Shown: piece after piece, positions 27,451 to 36,634 of the stretch
Layout: the number at the start of each line of letters is the position of its first letter
How positions within the stretch are numbered: the first letter of the stretch is position 1
DNA from: Candidatus Thalassarchaeum betae
GTDB taxonomy: Archaea > Thermoplasmatota > Poseidoniia > Poseidoniales > Thalassarchaeaceae
Reading direction: 5' to 3'
DNA length: 64,000 nucleotides
Assembly (NCBI GenBank): GCA_003193925.1
Contig: PSPG01000007.1
Coordinates: 13,612-77,611 of the forward strand
Program-made: the position numbers and the translations under genes
The notes under the pieces: generated by a model
What the model saw: the letters and a program-made list of their open reading frames with translations, nothing else
Database searches by the model: none
What the model was told of the DNA's origin: nothing

Positions 27451-30400
27451 TCAATCGTCGAACTCCTCGTCTAACTCGCGCGGGTCGAAACCGGACCACG
27501 ACTCGATCATCTCGAGGTCCTTCGATATCTGCCTCCTGCGGGTCCCCGCATAGGCGATTCCCACCATGATGATGATTGTGAGTGCCACAATCAGGAAAGG
27601 CAGGCCACTGCCCAGCAGCCAGTCGAACAGGCCGGTGTCCTCAGGCGACTCTATCGGGATGATCTCGATCAGACCGGGGCTGACCATGTCGCCGTCCAGC
27701 GCCCACACCTCGATCCTCGCGCTGCTCCCGGTGAGCGTCCAGACCGACCTGTACGTCCAGATGCCGTCACCGGCGAACAGGTCTCCCTCCATGCCGTCGT
27801 CGCGGAACTCCAGCGCTTGCGACACGCCGCCGGCGCGCAATTCACCTTGGACCATGTCGGTCGTGCCGTCGGGGTCGAGGAGCCTGACGGTGAGGAAGAC
27901 AGAGGTCGGCTCCTCGAGATCGATGCTGGATGGGGAGACCGAGAACTCGTACAGTTGCGGCGAGCTGGAGCCGATGGTGAGGTTGATCGAGACTGACGAA
28001 GCGGCCCCACGGGAGTCCTTGACCAGGAGGTCGATCTGGACGGGGCCCGGCGGGAAGCTGGCGGAGTGGACCATCTTGTCACTCAGGAGAGTGCCGTCGC
28101 GCAGGCTCCACTGGTAGAGCACGATGTCGTCGTCGTAGTCGTACGAGCCCGAGGCGTTGAGCACCACTGGCTCGCCCGGTGGGATGTACTGCCCCTCAGA
28201 CAGTCCGGTGATGACCGCCACTGGGCCTGTCTCGAGCACTGTGAGGGTCTGCGAGTGGGTCCGCTGCATCCCGTTGGAGTCGATGAGCTCGAAGCGCAGC
28301 GTGTGGACCCCGGCGGGCAGGTAGTCGTTGTACCAGTACTCGGTCGTCTTGTCCTCGAGTATCGGCTCAGCGAGCAGGTCGGAGTACACGCTGACGGTGA
28401 AGTCGTCGCCGTCCGGGTCGAACGAACGCCGGAAGTCGAACAGGACGGGGAGGTTGGAATAGACCTCGATGTCGGGTATCGGGGAATCCAATATCAGCAC
28501 CGGAGCCGACTCGTCGACCCTGACCATGATCTCGGCGACGTCCGAAGCGCCCGAGCCGTCCTCGACGGTGAGGGTGACTTGGTGCACGCCCTCGGGCAGC
28601 CTCGTCTCGAGCACCCAGCCGCTTCCCATCGGCTCGCTCAGAATATCACTCTCCCAGAGCACGCTGACGAGGTCGGTGCTGGTGTCTGTCAGCGGGTTGC
28701 ACACGAGCCCGCTGCCGTTGCTGGGCAGGTCGGAGCAGGCTGTGTCCCAATCGCCCGAGCCGGTCGCGTCGAAGACCAGCAACTCGCCGGAGTCGGTCAG
28801 TATGCCGTCTGTGGGGCTGGCGATCAGAGCCACCGGTGGAGAATTAGCAACACTCAACTCCACTGAGGCCGAATTCCACATCCCAGCGTGGTTCGGGCGG
28901 TTGTCGCTGGCGTACATCGTGATGATGTGGTCGCCCTTTGACAGCGTGCCTATCCACTCGACTGCCGAGTCTGGGGTGACTCCGGATGCCAGCAGGCCGT
29001 CGCGGTCGCTCCAGAACTCGAACTTCACCTCGTCACCCTCTGGGTCGAAGGTGTTGGTGCCATCGAGGTGCACGGTGGCTGAGGAGGCCTCACCGGTGCG
29101 GGAGACCTCCATGACGGCGAGCGGAATCTCGTTGTACAGCTCGACGTTGAACGTCCATGAGACAGGCACGTTGACCCCGTCAGAGGCGTAGACAGTGACA
29201 GAGAACTGGTTCGGAGCGCCCGGGAAGGTGCGGATGATGGTGTCTGGGCACTCCGGGTCCCCCGCTGGAGGTTGGCCGGAGCCCGACTCGTAGGAGGTCT
29301 CGACCCAGCAGTTCAGTTCGTCGCCTTCCGGGTCGTAGGTGCCTCCGAGGTGGATGGTGGCGTTTGCCGTGATACCGAGGTACAGCGTGCCCCAAGCCGA
29401 GATGGCAGGTGTCGTGCCCACCGAGAGCACGGGGGGCAGGTTCACCAGCTCAATCTCCCTGTTCTCCCAAACGCAATGGCCCTCCGTGTCGCACACCTCG
29501 AGCGTAATCTGGTGGGTCCCGTCGGAAAGACAGGTGGCCTGGCCGACGGCGTTGGCGAGCAGGTAGGAGCCGTTGCCCGAGCCTGTCGCAGTGCAGGCGG
29601 AGAGCAGCTCGCCGTCGATGCTACTGGTCCAGCTGTAGGTCAGCTCGTCATAGTCGAGGTCCCACGATTCATTCGCATCGAAAACCACCTCGCCACCGCT
29701 GGCGTAGACGCCCTCGTCCTCGGGCGAGTCCCACAGGATGAATGGCGGCTGGTTGGATAGCTCGAGCAGGCAGGTGACAGAGACGTCGGCATCCAGCGAG
29801 ACCGCGGCGGAGTCGTTGTGGACCCCGTCGTAGTCGCACCCGGTGTGGACGGTGTTCACGTCCGACCATCCCTGCATAGGCGTCCAGCGCTCGCCGATGA
29901 AGGGGCCGAACGAGTCCTGTCCGGAGTAAGGCAGGGTGTCGTTGTAATCCGCTCCGTGCAAGTCGAAAGTCAGGTTGATGTCGGCGTAGGGGATGTGACG
30001 GAGGTGCTGGTTGATCGCATGCACCTCCACGAACCACATCACGTCGAGGATGTTGTCCTGACTTGCGTACGTCGGCGTGTCGAGCGGAGCGGAGGAGATC
30101 CAGCGCAAGTGGCTGTCGCCAAGCATCTCGAATCTGTCTGCGTAGCCGCTGGTGAACCAAGAGCCAGTGAAGTTGGTGAAACTCGACGAGATGCTGGCGG
30201 GAGCGCTGGGGTCGCAGCCCAAACCGACGTTATAGACGAGCAACTCGGTCTGGTCGACCATGTCGAAGCAGGAGTTCTCGTTGCCCCAGATGACGCTGTT
30301 CTCGAGGTATGACGGCTCCTCGCCGTTGGCATCCCAGAGCATGCCCCCGTTGTCGCCGTTGAGGTCCAGTCCGCGGACCAGCCCGTCGACCTCGACCAGC

Positions 30401-32097
30401 TCGACGGCGCGACCGGTCGAATTGAGATCGATCTTCATGTCATCGATGATGATGGTGCCGTCATGCGTCATCCCGGTGTTGTCGATGTCGAGCGCGGGCG
30501 CGTTGACCGAGTCCCTGATCTCGGTGGCGATCAGTTGCAGGTCAATGCTGTCGCGCACCACGATCCCGTGCTGGTCCTCGATCGATGTGCACTCGATGCA
30601 ACTCGCGTTCTTGCCGCCGCTCATGACGTCGTTCGTCTCGTCGAAGTAGATGCCTGCACCCAATTCGGGCAAGGCAGCGCCGATGCCGTTGCGGTAGGTC
30701 GTCACATACGAGAGTTCGACGTTGCTTGAGTCACGCACCGAGACACCGTGCCCGCCGTTGTCCATGCTGAGTATGACTGAGAAATCAGGGTGGAACTCGC
30801 GCAGGTCGACCCCGGTGGCCCCGTTGTCGGCTATCACCCAGTTCGAGCCCTGCGCGCCGCCCTTCCAGAGGAGGACTCCGGGACCAGAGGAGTTCCGAAC
30901 TTCGAGGTCATTGATCGTCGGTGCCCAGTTGGCGCTGCGCATGAACATGCCAGCCCTGTCGTTGAGTGGCGCTGTGGCGCTGGTCCTGCCGTTGCGCAGT
31001 AGAGTGACGTCGTTGAGGATTGTGGAAGGGCCGATCATGTAGGCCTTGAAGCCGACCACTGGATTGTCCTCGATCAGGGCCCCGTCGATGTGGACGCCGC
31101 TGGTGTTGACCTCGAAGGCGGCATATCCAAGACCCGGGGTCTTGGCGCCCGGGCCGCCCGTCCCGCGTAGCTCTAGGTCGTCGAAGACGGCGTTGTAAGG
31201 TGCGTTGGTATACAGGCTGCGGTTGTACTGCTCGACCATGATGCCGCGGTACTGGCTGTCCTCGACGGTAGCTCTCACGAAGGTCGGGCGGGTGGTCCAT
31301 CCCTGCGTGATGTGCCGGACGAAGATGCCGTTGTCGCAGCGGGTGATGTCGGAGTCGGAGATTAATGGGCGTGAGTCCTCGACCCATATGCCAGCTGCGA
31401 CGGCCAAGGTGGCGCCGCTGATGTTGGAAATCTGCAGATTCGAGATCAGGCCGCCGGAGTTGCCCCAGTAGTTGAGGCCGCGTGTGATCAGTCCGTCCAT
31501 CGTCACGCCGTTGACTATCGGCGCGGAGTAAGCGCCCACTGATAGGCCGATTCCGTACCTCCATGTCGTCGAGAACGCGTGCACGTCCTGACCGCCGCCG
31601 TCTATCACGAGGTCGTTGATCCTCGGTGATGCGCTGCTGAACAGGTCGACTGCGACATTGTCTGCGTTTATCACCGTCAGATCGTTGAGGATGGGGTCGC
31701 TACCGTAGACGGTCACACCGTACTCGGCGTCGGTGATTGTGAGGTTCTCCAACTTGGAGCCGAGGCCGTCACTGGTCGAGTTGAACACAATGCCGTCGTG
31801 GTTTCCCATGATCGATTCCAGCAGTACCGGCGATGTCGTCGTTCCCTGAATGGTGAGTCTGCCATCGACGGTGATGGTCTCGTCATCGCCGAGTTGGATG
31901 GTGGTGCCCGATTGCACGACGAGCACGTCGCCGCTCTCGACGGTGTAGCCGTCCTGCAGGACGACGGTGTCTGACCAAATGGTGGTCGTGCGCGCCCCGG
32001 CTCCAGCCGCAGCGGGGACGAGCGGTGCGGCGGAAACCAGCAGCAGCAGGACCAGTGCGACAGCAAGCCTGTGGGCTGCTGAAACGGGAGCGTGCAT
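27451..32097 (-). CDS. Giant membrane-anchored surface protein: parallel beta-helix + multiple PKD/Ig-like domains
   Basis: Signal peptide. Beta-helix repeats in the N-terminal half. Repeated FDAxxSxDxDxD...W PKD motifs. FRDDGMEGDLFAGDGIWT (choice-of-anchor X-like). C-terminal TM followed by RRR. Confidence 0.85.
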   Translation of the reverse strand: MHAPVSAAHRLAVALVLLLLVSAAPLVPAAAGAGARTTTIWSDTVVLQDGYTVESGDVLVVQSGTTIQLGDDETITVDGRLTIQGTTTSPVLLESIMGNHDGIVFNSTSDGLGSKLENLTITDAEYGVTVYGSDPILNDLTVINADNVAVDLFSSASPRINDLVIDGGGQDVHAFSTTWRYGIGLSVGAYSAPIVNGVTMDGLITRGLNYWGNSGGLISNLQISNISGATLAVAAGIWVEDSRPLISDSDITRCDNGIFVRHITQGWTTRPTFVRATVEDSQYRGIMVEQYNRSLYTNAPYNAVFDDLELRGTGGPGAKTPGLGYAAFEVNTSGVHIDGALIEDNPVVGFKAYMIGPSTILNDVTLLRNGRTSATAPLNDRAGMFMRSANWAPTINDLEVRNSSGPGVLLWKGGAQGSNWVIADNGATGVDLREFHPDFSVILSMDNGGHGVSVRDSSNVELSYVTTYRNGIGAALPELGAGIYFDETNDVMSGGKNASCIECTSIEDQHGIVVRDSIDLQLIATEIRDSVNAPALDIDNTGMTHDGTIIIDDMKIDLNSTGRAVELVEVDGLVRGLDLNGDNGGMLWDANGEEPSYLENSVIWGNENSCFDMVDQTELLVYNVGLGCDPSAPASISSSFTNFTGSWFTSGYADRFEMLGDSHLRWISSAPLDTPTYASQDNILDVMWFVEVHAINQHLRHIPYADINLTFDLHGADYNDTLPYSGQDSFGPFIGERWTPMQGWSDVNTVHTGCDYDGVHNDSAAVSLDADVSVTCLLELSNQPPFILWDSPEDEGVYASGGEVVFDANESWDLDYDELTYSWTSSIDGELLSACTATGSGNGSYLLANAVGQATCLSDGTHQITLEVCDTEGHCVWENREIELVNLPPVLSVGTTPAISAWGTLYLGITANATIHLGGTYDPEGDELNCWVETSYESGSGQPPAGDPECPDTIIRTFPGAPNQFSVTVYASDGVNVPVSWTFNVELYNEIPLAVMEVSRTGEASSATVHLDGTNTFDPEGDEVKFEFWSDRDGLLASGVTPDSAVEWIGTLSKGDHIITMYASDNRPNHAGMWNSASVELSVANSPPVALIASPTDGILTDSGELLVFDATGSGDWDTACSDLPSNGSGLVCNPLTDTSTDLVSVLWESDILSEPMGSGWVLETRLPEGVHQVTLTVEDGSGASDVAEIMVRVDESAPVLILDSPIPDIEVYSNLPVLFDFRRSFDPDGDDFTVSVYSDLLAEPILEDKTTEYWYNDYLPAGVHTLRFELIDSNGMQRTHSQTLTVLETGPVAVITGLSEGQYIPPGEPVVLNASGSYDYDDDIVLYQWSLRDGTLLSDKMVHSASFPPGPVQIDLLVKDSRGAASSVSINLTIGSSSPQLYEFSVSPSSIDLEEPTSVFLTVRLLDPDGTTDMVQGELRAGGVSQALEFRDDGMEGDLFAGDGIWTYRSVWTLTGSSARIEVWALDGDMVSPGLIEIIPIESPEDTGLFDWLLGSGLPFLIVALTIIIMVGIAYAGTRRRQISKDLEMIESWSGFDPRELDEEFDD

Positions 32098-32215
32098 GGC
32101 TTCTCCGCTCTCCCTCTGCCTGTTATCCCTTGCGTACACATGGGCGCGCGCAAACCTACCAACAGCAGAGGTCATAAACGACAACCAAGCGCGAGGCTCG
32201 TCAAGAGGCCTGAGA

Positions 32216-32449
32216 ATGAGTACCGCCTTCGTTCTAATCGAGGTCGAACCGGGCTGCGAGCGCGACGTCTACCTTTCTCTCCTGGACATAGACAGCGTCA
32301 GCGAGACGCACGTCGCATACGGCGAGTACGACCTCGTAGCGCGCATCGACTTCGATGACGAGAGGGAGATGGCTCGAACGCTCATAGGGAGCATGCGCTC
32401 CATCTCCGGGGTCATCAAGACAGAGACCTTGATTGCTGTGGAGGTGTGA
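32216..32449 (+). CDS. Stand-alone Lrp/AsnC ligand-binding (RAM) domain protein
   Basis: AFVLIEVEPG, YGEYDLVARI, ISGVIKTETLI. No HTH. Confidence 0.85.
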   Translation: MSTAFVLIEVEPGCERDVYLSLLDIDSVSETHVAYGEYDLVARIDFDDEREMARTLIGSMRSISGVIKTETLIAVEV

Positions 32450-32685
32450 TGATGCCTGTCGGATTCGTGCTCATCACCACTGAGACCGGGGCTGAGGTCC
32501 GCGTTCACGAGGCGGTCAGCAAGATCACCGGAGTCGTCGGGCAGTGGATGATCTTCGGCTCGCACGACTTGTTCGTCAAGGTCGAGGCAGAGGACGAGGG
32601 CGAGTTGACCAAGTGCATCGTACAGGGAGTGCGTGGCGTCCCCGGAATCATCGAGACTCGTACCCTTATCGGCGCTGAGATCTAA
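32446..32685 (+). CDS. Second stand-alone Lrp/AsnC RAM domain protein
   Basis: GFVLITTETG, FGSHDLFVKVE, VPGIIETRTLI. Overlaps the upstream stop. Confidence 0.85.
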   Translation: MMMPVGFVLITTETGAEVRVHEAVSKITGVVGQWMIFGSHDLFVKVEAEDEGELTKCIVQGVRGVPGIIETRTLIGAEI

Positions 32686-34850
32686 ATCAAGCGCGTCATC
32701 CTCTGCAGCAGCTCGGAGGCAGCCGAGTTGCATTCCGCAGTCCTGAAGCGGCTTATCGCCTCGCGCCAGTGAGAGAGTCTGCGCTCGGGCTCCAGCACCC
32801 CTCTCCAGTACCAGCGCTGGGCGCACAGCCGCCGTTGCATCGCCTGGTCCTCTCGCAGAGGCTCGGTGGCAATCGAAGCGTGAGCCTCGACCAGCCATTC
32901 GGGAGGGCTTCCGGCGGACTCGAGCGTGGCGTGGATGATTCGTATCCTCTCAGGCAGTTCGTCGCAGGAATCAATGTGAAATCTAGCCGAGGCTACCGCC
33001 TCGTCGGACGCCCTGCCGTCGATGCGCGCTGCCAGTCGGGCGCGTAGGTCCAGCACCTCCACGTTGGGGTGGTTCGGGCCCAATGCGGATTCAAGGGCAC
33101 TGCGCGCCCTCGCGGCAGTCGGCACATCGCCGGTGTCGAGGGCGAGTCCGTGTCGGAGCAGCTCGAGAGCGAGACTGGCAGCGCTGCGATCGCCCTCGGG
33201 CAGGGTGGAGAGGTCGACTGCTTCGATGGCCCGAGCCAGTTCGTCTGCGAGGCTGGCTCTGATCGGCCCAGGCAGCCGGTCGTCATAGCGCCGCACAAGG
33301 GACGAGATGGTCCGTCTGGCGCGCTCGGCGGGCGGCAGTTCGGCGAGTGCTCTGGCCTCCATCTCGCCAGCGGCTCTTGAATCCCCGCGCAGGCGTGCGA
33401 GCCGCGCGGAGCGCAGCTTCCTACTCGCTCCGACCGTTAGATTCTCGATGTGCGACTCGGCGATCGCTGCCTCGCCGCGCTCTAAAGCCAAGTCGGCAGC
33501 AGCCTCGCGCAGCGATTCCTCGTCGCTGAGCCCGACCGCCTGCTCAATCAGTACCGCTGCGGCCGCGCTGTCCTGCTCGGCGATGCTCGGCAGGTGCTCC
33601 GCCAGCCACTCGGGGTCGGGCTCGCCCGAGTTCAGGAGGTGGTGGCCCTCCATCCTGCGCGCCCTCGCGCCTTCTCGGACAGCCCACTTGCGCGCCGCTT
33701 CGGAGTGAAGAGTCGATGCCTCCTCCTCGGACCACGAGCCACGCCTGACGTTCCGGATCAGGTGATGCGGCTCTACCATGACCCCGCTCCATCTGAGAAT
33801 GGCTGAGTCTTCCAGCTCGTCGGTTCCATCTCCGTCGAAGAGTTCGCCCGTCTCGAGGGCGACTGGTGCGAGGCACAGTTCGTCCAAGGTGCCGACGCCG
33901 CGCTCGCTGAGACGTCGGATGACCGTTGCCTCAACGTACTCCTGAACGGCCTTGCCCTTCTCCGGGATGTCCTCCTCGGGCGACCACAGGTGAAGAGCCA
34001 ACGGGTGACCTCCGAGCGCCTCGGCCACCTCCCTCGCCGTACCTCGATCGGTGTCCTCCGGGAGCAGCGATGTCGCGTGCTCCGGTGAGAGGCCCTCCAG
34101 CCTGACCTCCTCGAAGCCGTCGGGGATTCCGAATGGGCTGGGCGCCCTGACGACTGCCAGAACCGAGCCGTCACCCGAGCAAGTCTCGCCTAGAAGTTTC
34201 GCCACGCCTCTGGCGTGGCGTGAATGCAGCTCCTGGGCCTCATCCACCACCAACAGCGTCCGGGCGGCGTCTGCCGCGGCGGCGATGGCGGAAGCCGAGG
34301 ACGGCGAGCCACCCCCGAGCCACATCTCACCGATTGCGGCAGCGTCGGTGTCAGCGTTGCACGACGCCCATCGCACGGTCCAGCCCTTGGCGAAGGCTTC
34401 CTCGGCCGCGGCGCGAGCGAGGCACGACTTGCCGATTCCCGGGAGGCCGCTGAGGATGATGCTGGAGCCCCCGAGCAGAGAGGAGGAGAGCGCGCGGGTG
34501 TCATCATCCCTGCCGTGGAGAGCGATCGCATCGGGGAGGGGCCCGAAGCGGCGCCCGCGACGCGCTGTGGGAGGGGCCTCGTATCCCGAGAGGGCCTCGC
34601 GACCGGATCCTGTGATGTGAACGACGGTGCGGCGGCGCGAGCCGCCGCCGATGACGTGCGTGCTACGTGTAGTCACGTGTCCCTCGGCCTCGAGAGCGGA
34701 CAGCGGCGTGTGGAGGGCCGAGCGAACCACTCCAAGGGACTCGGCTAGGCCCGGCAGGGAGAGCGCCCGGGGGACGTCCCACGCGCCCTCCAACTCGGTC
34801 CCGAACTCGGCCAGGCGGGCTAGGATGCGCAGTTGCGCCTCGGAGAGCAT
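32682..34850 (-). CDS. wHTH + STAND/NB-ARC-like P-loop ATPase + helical repeat protein
   Basis: N-terminal SLPGLAESLGVVRSALHTPLSALE, LHGRDDD, Walker A GLPGIGKS, Walker B LLVVDE, GGHPLAL (GxP). Ala/Leu-rich helical C-terminus. Confidence 0.8.
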   Translation of the reverse strand: MLSEAQLRILARLAEFGTELEGAWDVPRALSLPGLAESLGVVRSALHTPLSALEAEGHVTTRSTHVIGGGSRRRTVVHITGSGREALSGYEAPPTARRGRRFGPLPDAIALHGRDDDTRALSSSLLGGSSIILSGLPGIGKSCLARAAAEEAFAKGWTVRWASCNADTDAAAIGEMWLGGGSPSSASAIAAAADAARTLLVVDEAQELHSRHARGVAKLLGETCSGDGSVLAVVRAPSPFGIPDGFEEVRLEGLSPEHATSLLPEDTDRGTAREVAEALGGHPLALHLWSPEEDIPEKGKAVQEYVEATVIRRLSERGVGTLDELCLAPVALETGELFDGDGTDELEDSAILRWSGVMVEPHHLIRNVRRGSWSEEEASTLHSEAARKWAVREGARARRMEGHHLLNSGEPDPEWLAEHLPSIAEQDSAAAAVLIEQAVGLSDEESLREAAADLALERGEAAIAESHIENLTVGASRKLRSARLARLRGDSRAAGEMEARALAELPPAERARRTISSLVRRYDDRLPGPIRASLADELARAIEAVDLSTLPEGDRSAASLALELLRHGLALDTGDVPTAARARSALESALGPNHPNVEVLDLRARLAARIDGRASDEAVASARFHIDSCDELPERIRIIHATLESAGSPPEWLVEAHASIATEPLREDQAMQRRLCAQRWYWRGVLEPERRLSHWREAISRFRTAECNSAASELLQRMTRLI

Positions 34851-34906
34851 GGCGCGCGAGCGAAGGCACGGGTTCATGGGCGTTCACCTGCAGCGCATCA
34901 ACCGAC

Positions 34907-36634
34907 ATGGCCGTTGACCCGACGAATCTGGACTTACCCAGCAAGCCCGGAGTCTACCTTTTTCGAAGGGCGGACGACCGAGTTACTTACGTCGGGAAGG
35001 CCACTGACCTGCGTTCGCGCGTGAGGTCCTACTTCGCGCCCAACCCCGACCGCGAGATGGTCCCTCGGCTGGTAGGTGACTCGGACCGCATCGACTTCAT
35101 CGTGACCAAGAACCCGAGCGAGGCCCTGATTCTCGAGCGGCAGCTGATCCGCGAGCACAAGCCGCGCTACAACTCGATGCTCAAGGACGACAAGTCATAC
35201 CCTTTCATCGCCCTGACCTCGCACGAGCACCCTCGCATCATCTACACCCGGCATCCACCCGAGGACGCACTTCGCTGGGGACCGTTCGCGGACGCCGGCG
35301 CGGCCAAGCGAGTCATCCAGCTGCTAAGACGCCAGTTCGGCATCCGCGACTGTCCTGAGCTGCTGCCTCAGGGATGCCTCGCGATGCACATAGGGCTATG
35401 CCACGCGCCGTGCATCGACCCCTCCGGCTACGACACCCAGGTGAAGGCTGCCGTGAGTGTGCTGGACGGGAATGCCGGAGTTCTCGTCGAGGCCCTGCAG
35501 GGAGAAATGGACCAGGCCTCGGATGGCCTCGACTACGAGGACGCTGCCAAGACGAGAGACCTGATAGGCGCGGTCCAGAGGACCGTCTCGCAGCAGGTCG
35601 TCCACAGCCGGTTCTACCAAGACTGCGATGCTATCGGCTTCGCCTCCCGCGGCGACACCGGCGTCGTGGTAGTATTGAATGCCAAAGACGGGGTCGTACA
35701 AGGCCAGTTGGAGTACCCGCTAATCCACCGTGGCGACATCGCCGAATCGGTGGCTTGCGTACTGGCCGAGCACTACGCGGGCACCCGCCCACCGCACATC
35801 GTGCTGGTCCCGGCCCCCATCGGCGAGTCGATGGGTGACTGGCTCGCAGAGCGGCGCGGCGGCGCGGTCGAGGTCAGAGTGCCGCAGCGCGGCGAGTTGG
35901 CGCGGCTGCGCAGGATGGCTGACCAGAACGCCGACATCCAGGTCGTGCGCCACCAGAAAGGGCGCTCCGGCAGCCTCGAGCAGGCTGCCGCTGACGACGG
36001 AGCCGGGATGCTCGGATTGGACTCCCTCGACCACATCGTCTGCTTTGACATGGCTCAGTTGCAGGGCGAAGAGCGGGTCGGCGCCTCGGTGGTGCTGCGC
36101 AAGGGCCGCCCTGCCAAGAAGGAGTACAGGACCTATCGAGTCAAGACCGACGCACCCGACGACCTGCGAATGATGGTCGAAGTCGTCGAGCGCTGGCTCA
36201 AGCGCCAGGACGGCTGGCCAGACATGCTGCTGCTCGACGGCGGCCAGACCCACCTCTCGGCCATCCAGAGGATGCTCGACGGCCACGGTCTGACAGGACG
36301 CTTCCCTGTGGCCGCCCTGGCCAAGCGCGAGGAGACCCTTCACATGGAAGAGCGCGAGCCTCTCGTCCTAGGCAGGCACGGCAGGGTACTCGTGCACGCT
36401 CGCGACGAAGCACATCGCTTCGTCAACCGCTACCACAGGAAGCGGCGCGGCAAGGGCGCCATGGACGACCCGCTAGAGGAGATCGAGGGCTTGGGCGCGA
36501 AGAAGATCCAAGCGCTGCTGCGCCACTTCGGGGGCAGGAGGGGGATCGATCACGCGAGCGTGAGGGAGTTGCGCGAGGTCCCGGGCATAGGCAAGGCGAT
36601 GGCGGAGCGGATCCACGGTCATCACAACGGCTAG
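34907..36634 (+). CDS. uvrC: Excinuclease ABC subunit C
   Basis: PGVYLF/YVGKA GIY-YIG, KPRYNSMLKDDKSYP, Cys cluster, LLDGG, RDEAHRF, HhH pair. Confidence 0.96.
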   Translation: MAVDPTNLDLPSKPGVYLFRRADDRVTYVGKATDLRSRVRSYFAPNPDREMVPRLVGDSDRIDFIVTKNPSEALILERQLIREHKPRYNSMLKDDKSYPFIALTSHEHPRIIYTRHPPEDALRWGPFADAGAAKRVIQLLRRQFGIRDCPELLPQGCLAMHIGLCHAPCIDPSGYDTQVKAAVSVLDGNAGVLVEALQGEMDQASDGLDYEDAAKTRDLIGAVQRTVSQQVVHSRFYQDCDAIGFASRGDTGVVVVLNAKDGVVQGQLEYPLIHRGDIAESVACVLAEHYAGTRPPHIVLVPAPIGESMGDWLAERRGGAVEVRVPQRGELARLRRMADQNADIQVVRHQKGRSGSLEQAAADDGAGMLGLDSLDHIVCFDMAQLQGEERVGASVVLRKGRPAKKEYRTYRVKTDAPDDLRMMVEVVERWLKRQDGWPDMLLLDGGQTHLSAIQRMLDGHGLTGRFPVAALAKREETLHMEEREPLVLGRHGRVLVHARDEAHRFVNRYHRKRRGKGAMDDPLEEIEGLGAKKIQALLRHFGGRRGIDHASVRELREVPGIGKAMAERIHGHHNG

